A stretch of 55,364 nt of DNA from Leptolyngbyaceae cyanobacterium (GCA_965263355.1 CBDHHL010000013.1:1-55364), one strand, 5' to 3'; shown: positions 43,880 to 54,336, numbered from the stretch's first letter. Notes: generated from the letters alone by a model not told the origin. Numbers and translations are program-made.

Positions 43880-46800
43880 TGGTTCAAGCTGGTTCGGTTG
43901 AATTCGCAGTTGAATTTTCGGAGTCGAGTATTACGGCTGCGATCGCTGACTTGCGGACACGGTTCAACCGGGTTGATGACCTTGCTATTGATGTCAGACT
44001 GAATGATGAGACTGTTATTCGTGGCATCAGTGATATTAGACAGCAGCTTAGTAATGCTGATAATGTTCGGCTGGATGTTAATCTTGACGATTCAATTACT
44101 AGAGAGATAACCCAGCTTAGACAACAGTTAGAAGCTATCAACAGAACTCAGGCAAGTGTTGACTTTGGGCGCAGTGCTGCTCAGGCTGACGCGATCGCTC
44201 AGTCACTGACTCAGTTAAGAGCCCAGTCAAATATTCCAGTAACTGTCAATACGAATGCTGCCCAGCGTAATGTTCAGGAGTTAAGGCGTGGATTTGCAAC
44301 GGTTCAACAGGCTGTTGATGGATTGAGTCGTGAGAGGATCAACCTAGAAGTTAATGCTCGAAATATTCAAAATCAGATTGCGGCGGTTGATGCCAGAATT
44401 CAACAACTGCGTGACAAAGAGATTCAGATTCGAGCAAATTCTAGAGCAGCTGAAGCAACAATTCGAAATTTAGACGCTCAAGTTACTGAACTTCAGCGTA
44501 ATCGTTCTGATATTCAGCTAAAGATTGATGCTCGCACTGAAGAAATAAATACTATCGAGCAAACGATAGAACGGCTTAGAAATACTCGAATAAATTTAGA
44601 GCTAAACCCATCCACCAGTAACCAAGCACTTAATTTGTTGGATCAGCGAATCCAGCAATTAAGCAATGAGCGAATTAAGCTAGAAACCGATAGCACGTTA
44701 CAGAATCAAATTCTGCAGATAGAAGATAGGATCGGCAGAATTCAATCACGACGACTTCGGCTAGAGGCTGATACACGCCAAGCTGAACCACGCATTAGGC
44801 AGATTCAGACTCAGCTCGGTACGCTTGACGATAAACGAGTTCGATTGAATGTCGATGCCGACAACGCAACTGAACAGATTCGCACTCTCGATAGACGGTT
44901 AGAGGCATTAGGGGGCGGGAACGCTAGGCAGGCATTACGGCAAATTAACAGGGAACTAAGACAATTAAGCTCTCCCACAATATCGCCCAATCTAGATCTT
45001 AGTGGCATCCGGAATAGTAGCGGAATTGTTCAAGGAATTTTCCAGGGGATTGGCCAAAGAGTTTTTGATACTCTAGCTAACGCTATTGGAGGGGGCATCA
45101 GAGCAGGGCTTTCAACTGTTCAAAATGCAGTTGGTTTTGAGCAGGCATTAGTTACGTTTAGCGCTCGTGCGGGTGGAGCTGAGGAAGCGATCGCGGCGGT
45201 CACCGAAGAGTCCAGGCGATTAGGAATTGAAACCAGTAAAACGCCTGAAGAAGTGGCGCGCATCGCTACTCGAATGGTCGAATTAGGTGGTGAAGTCACT
45301 GAAGTTGGGGATAATGTTGCAGGCGTTGTAGCTGCACTAGAAGGAACTGGTTTTACTAATATTGATGCGACCGCCAAAGCCATTCAGGCGGGAACAAATA
45401 TTTTTAACGAGTCTGCCGATGCTTTGGCCGATAAAATCACGCTACTTGCCAATACAACAGCAGTTACATCAGCTGAAGGCATTTTGCAGGCATTTGGTAA
45501 AGCGGGCGGTTCGTTTGTCGATGCCGATGTTAGCGCGTCAACATTATTGGCAACATTTGCTAAATTCTCCGAGACAGCCACTCCTGAAGTGGCCGCGACT
45601 GCAACCAGGAATGCCCTGGATGGTTTAAGAGGCAGGACTGATGTAGCAAGAGAAGCATTAGACAGGCTAAACGTTTCATTCTTTGACAATCAAGGCCCGA
45701 CCGCATTTACAGATACATTAATAGATCTTAGGGATGCACTTGAACCGCTAAGTGAAGAAGATCGATTTACAGCTTTACAAGATATTTTTGGCGGCAGAAG
45801 TGCTTCACAGATAGGATTGTTATTGCAAGGTTTAGACGATGTAATCGCAAAAACTGATGAACTTGAACAGGGCTTCGGCGCATCCGGTGAAGCTGCAGAC
45901 AATCTAAATCAGGGCGTTGCTGCGGCGGTTAATCGACTGCAAGGAACCCTGACCACTGCGGGAACCGATCTTGGCTTAGCACTGACACCAGGTATAGAGG
46001 CGGGCGTTAGAACATTGACCGCGTCAATTAATGCTGCCATTGAAGACGGTGATGCTTTTGGGGACACAGCGGCTTCAGTCGAGGCACTATTGGAGGCTGT
46101 TGACGGCTCTGAGGTTGTCGACGTTTTATCGGCTAGTCTTCGCAGCTTATTTGATTCGGTTGATGCGGGGGCAGCTAGCCTGATTGATTCGCTATCTAAT
46201 ATATTGAGTGATCCTGAAAATCTTGATAGGTTTGGCCAATCAATTGAAAATCTTGGAACTGTCCTGGGTGGGACTTTAAGAATTGCGGGCGTTGCTGCTG
46301 AGGCGTTTACTGTACTATCAGCAGCATATTCTGACACGATAGGCGATGGCCCAGCTGAAGCAATTGGGCAATTTTCATTAATTCTTGAAGGGATTGTCCC
46401 GGTTGCAATTCAGGTTAGAGATTCAATATCCGGTTTAGTAAATCCGGTCACTGAATTTTTAGATCGCTTTTCCTTGGTTGGCGATTTAATAAATCAGTTC
46501 GGCACTTTAGGCCCAGCTATTGGCGCGATAGGCCTAGCCTTTACCGGGGTCACTAATACAGTTCAATTATTGCGGGAACAGTTAGGGTTTTTAACAGCTG
46601 AGGCAGTCCAGCCAGCTGTAATTACCGATGCTGGGGCTGAGGGCGTCCAGGCGTTAGTGAATGCCGGAAGTAGATTATCTTCTGATGCTGGCCAAAATAG
46701 CAGAGAGGAACAGCTAGCAGCAGCACAAGCATTGGCTGGCCAGTTGGGAGATATTGAAGCCAATGGCGTTGAATTATCTGAACGGAGAAAAGAACAGCTC

Positions 46801-48351
46801 AGGGAAGAATCGTTGCAGGCATTAGAGGATACTCAGTCTGCTGCCCTGGCAAGATTAGCAGCTCAAGAAGCTGAACAGATTAATGATATTCGTCAGGCTC
46901 AATTGGCAGCTGGCCCTGAAGATCCAACAGCCGAAAGCAATGCAGATTCGGCTATTCGTGATATTCAAGCTGACTTTGCCCAGCAACGGATCCAGATCGC
47001 TCAAGATGAAATCGATCAAATCAATCAACTAAGAGCCGATGGCATTATTACAGCTGAGGAAGCTGAGCAACGGTTGGTCACTGCTAAACAGGAGTCTGCC
47101 GAATTGTCAGTGCAGGCGATTGAGCAGCAGATCGCAGCTGAACAAGCCGCTGCTGATGCTGTTAGAGAACGGATTGAAGAAGAGCTATCAGCCAGAGAGC
47201 GGTTAAATGCCCTGGCATCCGAACAAACAAATTTGCAGTTTGAGGTTGATAATTCTGGTTTAGAAAATCAATTATCAATATCCCAGGCTTTAGCTAATGT
47301 TGATGCTGCGAGAATTGATTCAGCGGCTCAATTAATTAGTGCTCAATTGGCTCAAGCAGAGGCAACTGAAAACTTTGCAGCAGTTGAGGAAGCCAGAGAT
47401 CGGCTATTACTTAATCAGTTGCAATCAATTCGAGCAGGTACCCAAGCCCAACAGCAACAGATTGCTATCCAACGGCAAATAGTAACGCTTGATGGCCAGA
47501 GACAAATAACGTTAGCTCAGATTGCCCGTGATGAAGCCCAGATTGCAGTAGATAGAGCCCGTTCGAGCCAGGGAATATCGACAGAGGAGCTTAATGGGCT
47601 TCAGTCGATTGTTGAACTCAGGGCGCAAGGAATTGAATCTGCTAGGGCAAATTTAGATGTTCAACTGAGTATTTTAGACGCTCAAGAAGAAGAACAAAGC
47701 ATCTTAGCTGAAACCGCTGAAGCTGAGGCAATCAGAGAGCGGAGATTGGAGGGCATTGAATCATTAATTGAACGCCAAACTGATTTACTAGACGAGCAAA
47801 AAGACTTAGAAAGTGATATTGCCGATGAGACAGAACGACGGCAGAGTGCTATTGATTCGATTGTTTCGTCATTAAGCGGCCTAGAAGATGTCGGTGCTGA
47901 GCAGGCATTAGAAGACTTGAACCAGCTTGAAGATAATTTACGTTCAGCCAGACGAGCAGGCGCAATTGATAGTGAAACTGCGTCACAGTTGCAGTCAGGA
48001 ATTAATCAGGCCCAGCGGTTAGCACGTTCCGGCGACGGATTTACAGTAGAGGAAGCTTTTAATTTTTCAGATAGTCAAAATCCATTTGCTCAAAGCATTT
48101 TGGATAGTTTAGGGCTGGGTGGGGTTAATGCATTTGCTGAAGCTCAGCAAGAAATTTTATTGGCCGATACTCAGATAGAACAGCTGACAACCAAGTTAGA
48201 GGAAGTTAGAGATGCTGTTGCTGCTTTGCCAGAGACCTTGCCCACTGGCATAGAAAACCTAACCGTATCGACTCCCGACCCGATCGCTGATGCTGCTCAA
48301 ATTACAGCCGATCTAACTCGGCAACAACAGATTGCGGAGGGAGTGATTTAA
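43879..48351 (+). CDS. Tail tape measure protein
   Basis: 1490 aa helical; FEQAL...SRRLG.ET..TPEEVA; A.TA.RNAL..L; follows the chaperones. Confidence 0.93.
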   Translation: MVQAGSVEFAVEFSESSITAAIADLRTRFNRVDDLAIDVRLNDETVIRGISDIRQQLSNADNVRLDVNLDDSITREITQLRQQLEAINRTQASVDFGRSAAQADAIAQSLTQLRAQSNIPVTVNTNAAQRNVQELRRGFATVQQAVDGLSRERINLEVNARNIQNQIAAVDARIQQLRDKEIQIRANSRAAEATIRNLDAQVTELQRNRSDIQLKIDARTEEINTIEQTIERLRNTRINLELNPSTSNQALNLLDQRIQQLSNERIKLETDSTLQNQILQIEDRIGRIQSRRLRLEADTRQAEPRIRQIQTQLGTLDDKRVRLNVDADNATEQIRTLDRRLEALGGGNARQALRQINRELRQLSSPTISPNLDLSGIRNSSGIVQGIFQGIGQRVFDTLANAIGGGIRAGLSTVQNAVGFEQALVTFSARAGGAEEAIAAVTEESRRLGIETSKTPEEVARIATRMVELGGEVTEVGDNVAGVVAALEGTGFTNIDATAKAIQAGTNIFNESADALADKITLLANTTAVTSAEGILQAFGKAGGSFVDADVSASTLLATFAKFSETATPEVAATATRNALDGLRGRTDVAREALDRLNVSFFDNQGPTAFTDTLIDLRDALEPLSEEDRFTALQDIFGGRSASQIGLLLQGLDDVIAKTDELEQGFGASGEAADNLNQGVAAAVNRLQGTLTTAGTDLGLALTPGIEAGVRTLTASINAAIEDGDAFGDTAASVEALLEAVDGSEVVDVLSASLRSLFDSVDAGAASLIDSLSNILSDPENLDRFGQSIENLGTVLGGTLRIAGVAAEAFTVLSAAYSDTIGDGPAEAIGQFSLILEGIVPVAIQVRDSISGLVNPVTEFLDRFSLVGDLINQFGTLGPAIGAIGLAFTGVTNTVQLLREQLGFLTAEAVQPAVITDAGAEGVQALVNAGSRLSSDAGQNSREEQLAAAQALAGQLGDIEANGVELSERRKEQLREESLQALEDTQSAALARLAAQEAEQINDIRQAQLAAGPEDPTAESNADSAIRDIQADFAQQRIQIAQDEIDQINQLRADGIITAEEAEQRLVTAKQESAELSVQAIEQQIAAEQAAADAVRERIEEELSARERLNALASEQTNLQFEVDNSGLENQLSISQALANVDAARIDSAAQLISAQLAQAEATENFAAVEEARDRLLLNQLQSIRAGTQAQQQQIAIQRQIVTLDGQRQITLAQIARDEAQIAVDRARSSQGISTEELNGLQSIVELRAQGIESARANLDVQLSILDAQEEEQSILAETAEAEAIRERRLEGIESLIERQTDLLDEQKDLESDIADETERRQSAIDSIVSSLSGLEDVGAEQALEDLNQLEDNLRSARRAGAIDSETASQLQSGINQAQRLARSGDGFTVEEAFNFSDSQNPFAQSILDSLGLGGVNAFAEAQQEILLADTQIEQLTTKLEEVRDAVAALPETLPTGIENLTVSTPDPIADAAQITADLTRQQQIAEGVI

Positions 48352-48842
48352 TGGCCTTGCCTACCACTACAGAACGGGGAATCGTTCTAAATCATGCCGA
48401 TTACAGCCTAGCTATCACTTTGTTTGGCCGTTACCCTGGTCAATTCCCACGGGTTGATGGTCGTTATAAAGGGATTGTTCGTAGTAAACGGGGGGCAGCA
48501 GCTAGGACGGGGGCTTTAACTAGATTTGCTATTTGGAATTTTGTTGGTTGTCTAACCCTTGACCAGCAAGAGATTTTAATCCGAATGGAAGGTGCTTATT
48601 GGGGCAACCCTGGCCCATGGATCATCTATGACTATACAAATTATTGGTCTGAAAATGGGACGACAAACACTAGAGCGATCGCACCCAATAGCACAGTAGC
48701 AGCTGACGCTAATACAATTTGCTACTATCCCCAATGGCAAGCTGAACCAACAAACCAACGAGGGTTTGAATACAGTGAAAAAGCTGATGGGGTTCGTGTA
48801 GCTCAGTTTCAGTTTACGGAATCGGGGGTTATCGTTGCATGA
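48351..48842 (+). CDS. Putative distal tail protein
   Basis: Immediately after tape measure; ends QFQFTE. Confidence 0.6.
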   Translation: MALPTTTERGIVLNHADYSLAITLFGRYPGQFPRVDGRYKGIVRSKRGAAARTGALTRFAIWNFVGCLTLDQQEILIRMEGAYWGNPGPWIIYDYTNYWSENGTTNTRAIAPNSTVAADANTICYYPQWQAEPTNQRGFEYSEKADGVRVAQFQFTESGVIVA

Positions 48843-51487
48843 CCTCGTTTACGATTGACGCTCAAGATAGAGATTGGACAGCAAGCCTCGAAATTTTAGA
48901 CGCTAATCGGGCTGTAATCAGTGGACCCTACGATATTTCTGATGCGCTAATTAGCGTCGATATCGATTTTTCCGAACTGAGATCGGGGAACAGGCTAAAC
49001 GGTTGGCTGGCATGGGAAGGCAGTATTGTATTAAGTCCAGAATTGTCCACAACAGTTAGTCTTGATAATCGCGATACTGCCTCTAACCCGTCAGGTGCTG
49101 AAGTGCTGGCTATGGGAAACCGGATCACACTGAGCATGTGGACGGGGGCAAATTATGAAAGATTTTGGCCGCCGTTTTATATCTTGAGGGAAGCTTCCCC
49201 TAGGATAGAAATCCCTACAAGTGAATCCCAAGCCCAGATTACGATTGACTTAGGGGATCTTGGCAAATCACTAGACCTGTTTACGCCAGAAAATAATTAC
49301 TCAGGGATCATCCAGGGAACAACCACAACGCCCACAACGTTAATTCGTAATATCGCGACTCAGATAGGCATCCCAACATCATCAGATACGATCTCGGGCG
49401 GTTATTCAGTCAATACAGCTGTCCAGAAAAAATCTACCCGGTCAACAGTGCGTGAGATTGGGGAAATAGCGGCGGCTCAAAAGTATGTTGTTTGGCTTGA
49501 TGCTGCTGAAGAATTAAAACTCACTTCAGCTGACTTTACGCTCAAAACAGCATCAGATTTTAGCCTAACTATCGGCATTGGAGGAGACGAAGTTGGCGAG
49601 AACGGATGGGAACCCGTCAATCTTGAAGAACGACCGCCGGGGGAATTAACAGTAACGGGCGGTTCCGACCTCGCTCAAGAAATTGAAAATCCTAGCGTAA
49701 TCGTTCGCACTGTTCCTGGTCCTGGCTACACATCTTTGACCAGCACTGAAACTAAAACGATAACGCCAGCCGGGGGCGCGCCTCAGACAGTAATTACATA
49801 TGAAGAGCGCCAAGCTGAATTGCAGATACAGCCTAGAGTTCTCACTATGGATAACTCTGGCGTTGTGCCGACGCTGCTGACAGATGTCGATAATACGAAT
49901 AATGGTCTGCAAGATTCTGAAGATAGTTCGATTACCCATCGATATAACGGAATCACTAAACGACTGACTGAAACAGTTGAGCTAATTCGCAAAGCACGGG
50001 GGCTTAGCGGTGGCGATGCGTTTAGTGAGGAAGAAAATAGCTCGGCACTGACACTACTTGACAACAGTCGAACGACCACGACCTACACTTACGACAATAT
50101 TTTAGGCGTAGTCAGCTCGAGAACTATCACAGAACGTCGGCCATGGTGCCTCTGGGAATGGGGCGAAAAAACACCTACCAACTATGATTTGAATCGCTTT
50201 TTAGAGCGTGATTATCTAACCCAAACGACCACTTGGACTAGAGTGCTTGACGTTAGCGGAGATCCTACGATTGAGGCATGGCGTGTTGAACAAGTTACTC
50301 AACAGCCTAGGGGTGTAATCTTCAAAAATTACACGGGGGCCAATCCTGAGACCCTGGTGAACAACCCAGATCCTGAATTAACCTTCACACTGCAAGCCAG
50401 TGACGGTTCAACGAGGCCACCGGATATCGAGTATCAAGAAAGTATTTATACAGAAGAACACCAAGAATTTACGGGGTCAGTGCAGATTGAACCAGTCTCA
50501 GGGAATGCCCATAAATGGAAAGAGGGAACAATCCGGGTTAATGCTGATGTGATTGTGAGCGATATTCAATGCAATGACTTAGCAGAATGGGCCGCAAAAT
50601 GGCAACACGGATTGAGCCTGGGTCGTTCATTTATTGGAGCAATCCCGACAGAATTGTTTACTGCATTTGACCCGGTATCGAGGGTTGATGTGACTGTCGA
50701 TGGAAATATTGAAGCTTATTTTTTGAACGGTTTTAGCATCTCGTCAAATTTAACTGAGACTTTATTTGGTTGTAATTTTGGGTTGATTGGTCAGGTTGGG
50801 GTTACTCCGGATGTAATAACCCCTCCAATAGAAATATCAGTCCCGATTAATATCATTGAAGACTTGCCAGCGATTCAAGATAACCCGGTAGCGGCTGCAG
50901 ATAGTGGCGTTGCTAGCAATGCAGAAGAATTGCCAGCAATTCAAGATAATCCGGTCGCTACAAGTACGGCACCAACACCGGTTAGTAATGCTGAAGACTT
51001 ACCAGCAATTCAAGACAATCCAGTCGCTGTTGATAATTCACCTATCCCGGTTAGCAACACTGAAAACTTACCAGCAATTCAAGACAACCCGTCAGTTGCC
51101 GAAGCCACAACCAACACTGAAAACTTACCAGCAATTCAAGATAACCCAGTTGCTGTCGATGCAAACGCTACAGGCTTAACGGCTATTGCATCAGGCGTAT
51201 TTACTGACGATGGAACGACCATCACTGAGTTATTCCTAGACGGGGTTAACGCTGGTGGCATTACTAGGGAGGCAACGGGTCGATGGTTAGTTACGTTGGC
51301 ATCGGCAATGCCATCAGCTGACTTTATCGCGATCGCGAGCGCTGATCCATCGTCAGGGGCTTCTATTAATTATTCTCATGGCGCGCAGTCAATAACGTCC
51401 ACAACATTGAGAGTTTGGCGAGAGTCAAGGTCAGGAGCTGGGGCAAATCCAAATATCCAAAAAGTTAGTTTTGCAGTTTGGGGGTAA
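48839..51487 (+). CDS. Tail hub / central fibre protein with repeat stalk and C-terminal tip domain
   Basis: 882 aa; five E[DEN]LPAIQDNP repeats; C-terminal ~100-aa domain. Confidence 0.75.
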   Translation: MTSFTIDAQDRDWTASLEILDANRAVISGPYDISDALISVDIDFSELRSGNRLNGWLAWEGSIVLSPELSTTVSLDNRDTASNPSGAEVLAMGNRITLSMWTGANYERFWPPFYILREASPRIEIPTSESQAQITIDLGDLGKSLDLFTPENNYSGIIQGTTTTPTTLIRNIATQIGIPTSSDTISGGYSVNTAVQKKSTRSTVREIGEIAAAQKYVVWLDAAEELKLTSADFTLKTASDFSLTIGIGGDEVGENGWEPVNLEERPPGELTVTGGSDLAQEIENPSVIVRTVPGPGYTSLTSTETKTITPAGGAPQTVITYEERQAELQIQPRVLTMDNSGVVPTLLTDVDNTNNGLQDSEDSSITHRYNGITKRLTETVELIRKARGLSGGDAFSEEENSSALTLLDNSRTTTTYTYDNILGVVSSRTITERRPWCLWEWGEKTPTNYDLNRFLERDYLTQTTTWTRVLDVSGDPTIEAWRVEQVTQQPRGVIFKNYTGANPETLVNNPDPELTFTLQASDGSTRPPDIEYQESIYTEEHQEFTGSVQIEPVSGNAHKWKEGTIRVNADVIVSDIQCNDLAEWAAKWQHGLSLGRSFIGAIPTELFTAFDPVSRVDVTVDGNIEAYFLNGFSISSNLTETLFGCNFGLIGQVGVTPDVITPPIEISVPINIIEDLPAIQDNPVAAADSGVASNAEELPAIQDNPVATSTAPTPVSNAEDLPAIQDNPVAVDNSPIPVSNTENLPAIQDNPSVAEATTNTENLPAIQDNPVAVDANATGLTAIASGVFTDDGTTITELFLDGVNAGGITREATGRWLVTLASAMPSADFIAIASADPSSGASINYSHGAQSITSTTLRVWRESRSGAGANPNIQKVSFAVWG
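50858..51151 (+). repeat. Five in-frame ~33-bp coding repeats (ExLPAIQDNP)
   Basis: Copies near 50858, 50924, 50993, 51062, 51119. Confidence 0.9.
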
Positions 51488-51489
51488 TT

Positions 51490-51807
51490 GTGGCGACAAC
51501 AGCAGTAGCATCATGCGTATTTACTGACGATGGAACGACCATCACTGAACTTTTCCTAAATGGCATCAGTTCAGGGGGCATCGTGAGGGAAGCGACGGGC
51601 AGATGGTTGATTACTTTGGCATCGGCAATGCCATCAGCTGATTATCCGTGCTTTGCTAATGCCGATCCATCGTCAGGAGCTTCGTTAAACTATGCTCATG
51701 GGGCTCAATCGATAACGTCCACAACATTCCGGGTTTGGCGAGAGTCAAGCGGGGGTGCAGGAGCAAACCCGAACGTCCAAAAAGTTAGTTGTATAGTTTT
51801 AGGTTAA
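51490..51807 (+). CDS. Stand-alone paralog of the preceding C-terminal tip domain
   Basis: VFTDDGTTITELFL...REATGRWL.TLASAMPSAD...GANPN.QKVS. Confidence 0.85.
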   Translation: MATTAVASCVFTDDGTTITELFLNGISSGGIVREATGRWLITLASAMPSADYPCFANADPSSGASLNYAHGAQSITSTTFRVWRESSGGAGANPNVQKVSCIVLG

Positions 51808-51810
51808 ATC

Positions 51811-52182
51811 ATGCCAACATCAGCGATTGATACGGACACTCGAAACGCTGCATTGCAAGCGGCAAATATTGAATTAAATGATGGGGCTGGGGCCAATGCT
51901 ACCTATGAATATGGGACGACGGGCTTTGGCACTGTGCTTGTAGTTTGGAATCTGGATGGAACGAACCCATTTACTACAGCTGGCAGCACAACAGCCGGAA
52001 CAGCCGAATTAACAGGGCAGCCGATTAGTGCAACAGCATCAGCTACTGGGACAGCTGCTGAGTATAGAATTAAAGATAAAGATGGAACCGTAAGAAGATC
52101 AGGCACTTTAGACGCTACCCAATCAATTACTAGTGGGATTAATTATCTCCTTTCTGCTACGTCTGTAATGCCAGCTAGTTAG
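51811..52182 (+). CDS. Putative tail protein
   Basis: RNAAL...ASATGTAAEYRIKDKDGTV. Confidence 0.75.
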   Translation: MPTSAIDTDTRNAALQAANIELNDGAGANATYEYGTTGFGTVLVVWNLDGTNPFTTAGSTTAGTAELTGQPISATASATGTAAEYRIKDKDGTVRRSGTLDATQSITSGINYLLSATSVMPAS

Positions 52183-52184
52183 CC

Positions 52185-53177
52185 ATGACCGTCCTAACCC
52201 AAAGATTAGCCAGCAAAAATAAACAGCGCACGACTCAACGCATTCAATCTCAAATGGTTGAAGCAAGAATCGGCGCTGCAACTATTACTGGCACGGTGTC
52301 GGGTAGCAGCGCTGAAGGAATCACGCTTAGAACAGAATCAGGCGGTTCTCTCACAGTCCCTAGATCTACTGTTCAAAAACTTTCACGGCAACCAGCGATC
52401 GGGCAGTCTCGGCAGTTATCGACCGGGGGGCAGCTAGAGCTATTAGGAAGCAGTACGGAAACGGTTAACCAGCCTGTCAGTCAAGCTCAACCGCAAGTTA
52501 GATATCCTCTCAGGCCGCCTACTCAGGGAGCAGATTTTGGGGCCAACGGTGATTTGTGGCTTGAACAAACTGGCATTCAAGGCAACTATAACGAAGCTAA
52601 TGCTTATGTTTGGATTCAAAAAATTGGCCAGTTTGTAAAGCTGGCTTCCGGCGGAGTAGTTGTCGCGTTTGAACCCAATGGCCCGATCTCGTCAGGAACA
52701 GTCAATGGCCAGCTGCACTACAACACGATTGATAATTCTTTATCTATTTATGACCAAGCTGCTGACGTATGGCGGCCTATTAGTAGTGGCGGCGGCGCAA
52801 CTATTAACTATGTCGCAGGGGCACCCCCTACGCCAGCTCCACCAGGCACTGTTAATGGGGAAGGGCATCACGATACTGTGGTTGATCGCTTGTGGACGTA
52901 TGATCTAGCTAATACGACCTGGCGGGCTTCCGGCTCAAAAACCTTCTTCCAGGGTGTTCCGTCATCTGATCCGAACTCTTTTATTAGGGGAGATCTCGTT
53001 ACTACTTATGAGGTCGTGGGAGGTGTTACGTCTCCCTGTGACTATATTTGGTCGGAAACACAATCAGATTGGTTGTTAGTGTCTTGTTGTCCGAATTGTC
53101 CGGATGACTTCTTTAATAGTCGATGCGACGATGACGAAGGTTCTGACGGCGGCAGTTGCACTCCACTTCCACCATAA
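52185..53177 (+). CDS. Putative tail fibre/spike protein
   Basis: Repeated P....NG.L[WH]Y.T....L..Y......W units; Cys-rich end. Confidence 0.7.
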   Translation: MTVLTQRLASKNKQRTTQRIQSQMVEARIGAATITGTVSGSSAEGITLRTESGGSLTVPRSTVQKLSRQPAIGQSRQLSTGGQLELLGSSTETVNQPVSQAQPQVRYPLRPPTQGADFGANGDLWLEQTGIQGNYNEANAYVWIQKIGQFVKLASGGVVVAFEPNGPISSGTVNGQLHYNTIDNSLSIYDQAADVWRPISSGGGATINYVAGAPPTPAPPGTVNGEGHHDTVVDRLWTYDLANTTWRASGSKTFFQGVPSSDPNSFIRGDLVTTYEVVGGVTSPCDYIWSETQSDWLLVSCCPNCPDDFFNSRCDDDEGSDGGSCTPLPP

Positions 53178-53181
53178 TCTT

Positions 53182-54081
53182 ATGCAAATTTATTCTCAAT
53201 TTCCTTCTGACAAAACAATAACTCAACAAGTAATCAGAAACAACGGCATCAAGCCTGTAATCTCTGCTGATCTCAGAAAGATCTATGGCCTTTCAATCGT
53301 TGCTGATGTTGGCGCTTTTGGCACTAATCCAGACTTCAGTGAGTTGGACAAACAACTTGACCAGGCTACGGGCTTAGACGTTCATATTCACCCAATTGTC
53401 TGTCGCTATCCTGAGCTAAAAGGCCGCGATTCGTTAACATTGAAAGGACATGTTAACAATCTAGCCAGACCAATTGTTGATCATTGCGTCAGTCGAGGGC
53501 TTAGAAAAATAACCTTGGCAGGCGAGCTAACCCTATGTGGTGACACCGATCTTTGGGCAGAGATAATTGCCTTTTACAAGGCCATCCATGCTGACTATCC
53601 AGAGCTTGAACTTTGGATTTCATCGCATAGAATCCGTCAGCAAAGCGATCGCGATAGTATCCTAACTCGGCTGGAAGACTTACAGGGCATTGCCTCAGGA
53701 TTTATCGGGGCTGACTATATTAGCCTGTATCAGGCAAAACCTGAAATCCCTGAGCAGGTTGGCCCTGTGCAATGGATGAAGATATCAGCCATGGGGTCAG
53801 TTTCGCTAATGCGATTGAGTTATTTGCCCCCATTCTGGCGAGAACTGCAAAGCGCTGGGCTTAAGGTTGCGCTTGAAACGTCAGCGCTGTCTACAGTTGA
53901 CTTGCCAATTGTCAGAAAGGCGCAAATACAGATATATAGAGAAATCAGCGCCAAATGTGAACATCATGGCGCTGATTTGTGGCTTTGGAATGCTTGCGAG
54001 CAAAGCTCTCGCGATCACCAGGGAAATCACAGTTATTCTGGGGTCTGGGATGAAGCTGGGAACATGAGACTGAGTATCTAG
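53182..54081 (+). CDS. Possible glycoside-hydrolase-like TIM barrel
   Basis: Alternating beta/alpha pattern; GLDVHIHP, AGEL, YPELELWI, GLKVALE; start taken at MQIYS. Confidence 0.45.
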   Translation: MQIYSQFPSDKTITQQVIRNNGIKPVISADLRKIYGLSIVADVGAFGTNPDFSELDKQLDQATGLDVHIHPIVCRYPELKGRDSLTLKGHVNNLARPIVDHCVSRGLRKITLAGELTLCGDTDLWAEIIAFYKAIHADYPELELWISSHRIRQQSDRDSILTRLEDLQGIASGFIGADYISLYQAKPEIPEQVGPVQWMKISAMGSVSLMRLSYLPPFWRELQSAGLKVALETSALSTVDLPIVRKAQIQIYREISAKCEHHGADLWLWNACEQSSRDHQGNHSYSGVWDEAGNMRLSI

Positions 54082-54087
54082 AAATAT

Positions 54088-54315
54088 CTAAAAATTGTAT
54101 CGCTGGATTGCTGTGCTTTCGTAGCTGCCAACAGAGAAATGTGATCCTTCGTAGACGGCTGTAAGCCGTCTTTCTGCTGGATCGCAGAACGAAACCAAAG
54201 TTGCGAACTCAGAGTCCGTAAGCTCCATAAAGTTCTCATAAAACACCCACCTCTTATCGAGCCCAGCCCGAGAGAGATAGGCTTGCTTGTCTGTTTCCCA
54301 TGATTGAGTAGTCAT
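54088..54315 (-). CDS. Hypothetical protein
   Basis: AAGGAG RBS. Confidence 0.7.
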   Translation of the reverse strand: MTTQSWETDKQAYLSRAGLDKRWVFYENFMELTDSEFATLVSFCDPAERRLTAVYEGSHFSVGSYESTAIQRYNF

Positions 54316-54336
54316 GCTTTTCGGCTCCTTATTTTT

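Noticed and set aside
43884..46763. Minus-strand ORFs within the tape measure gene
   Set aside because: Antisense shadows
50858..51151. CRISPR-like spaced ~33-bp repeats
   Set aside because: In-frame coding repeats with mostly synonymous variation, spacing in multiples of 3, no cas genes
51188..51807. DGR template/variable repeat pair
   Set aside because: Differences are not adenine-specific, both copies are coding, and no reverse transcriptase is present in the window
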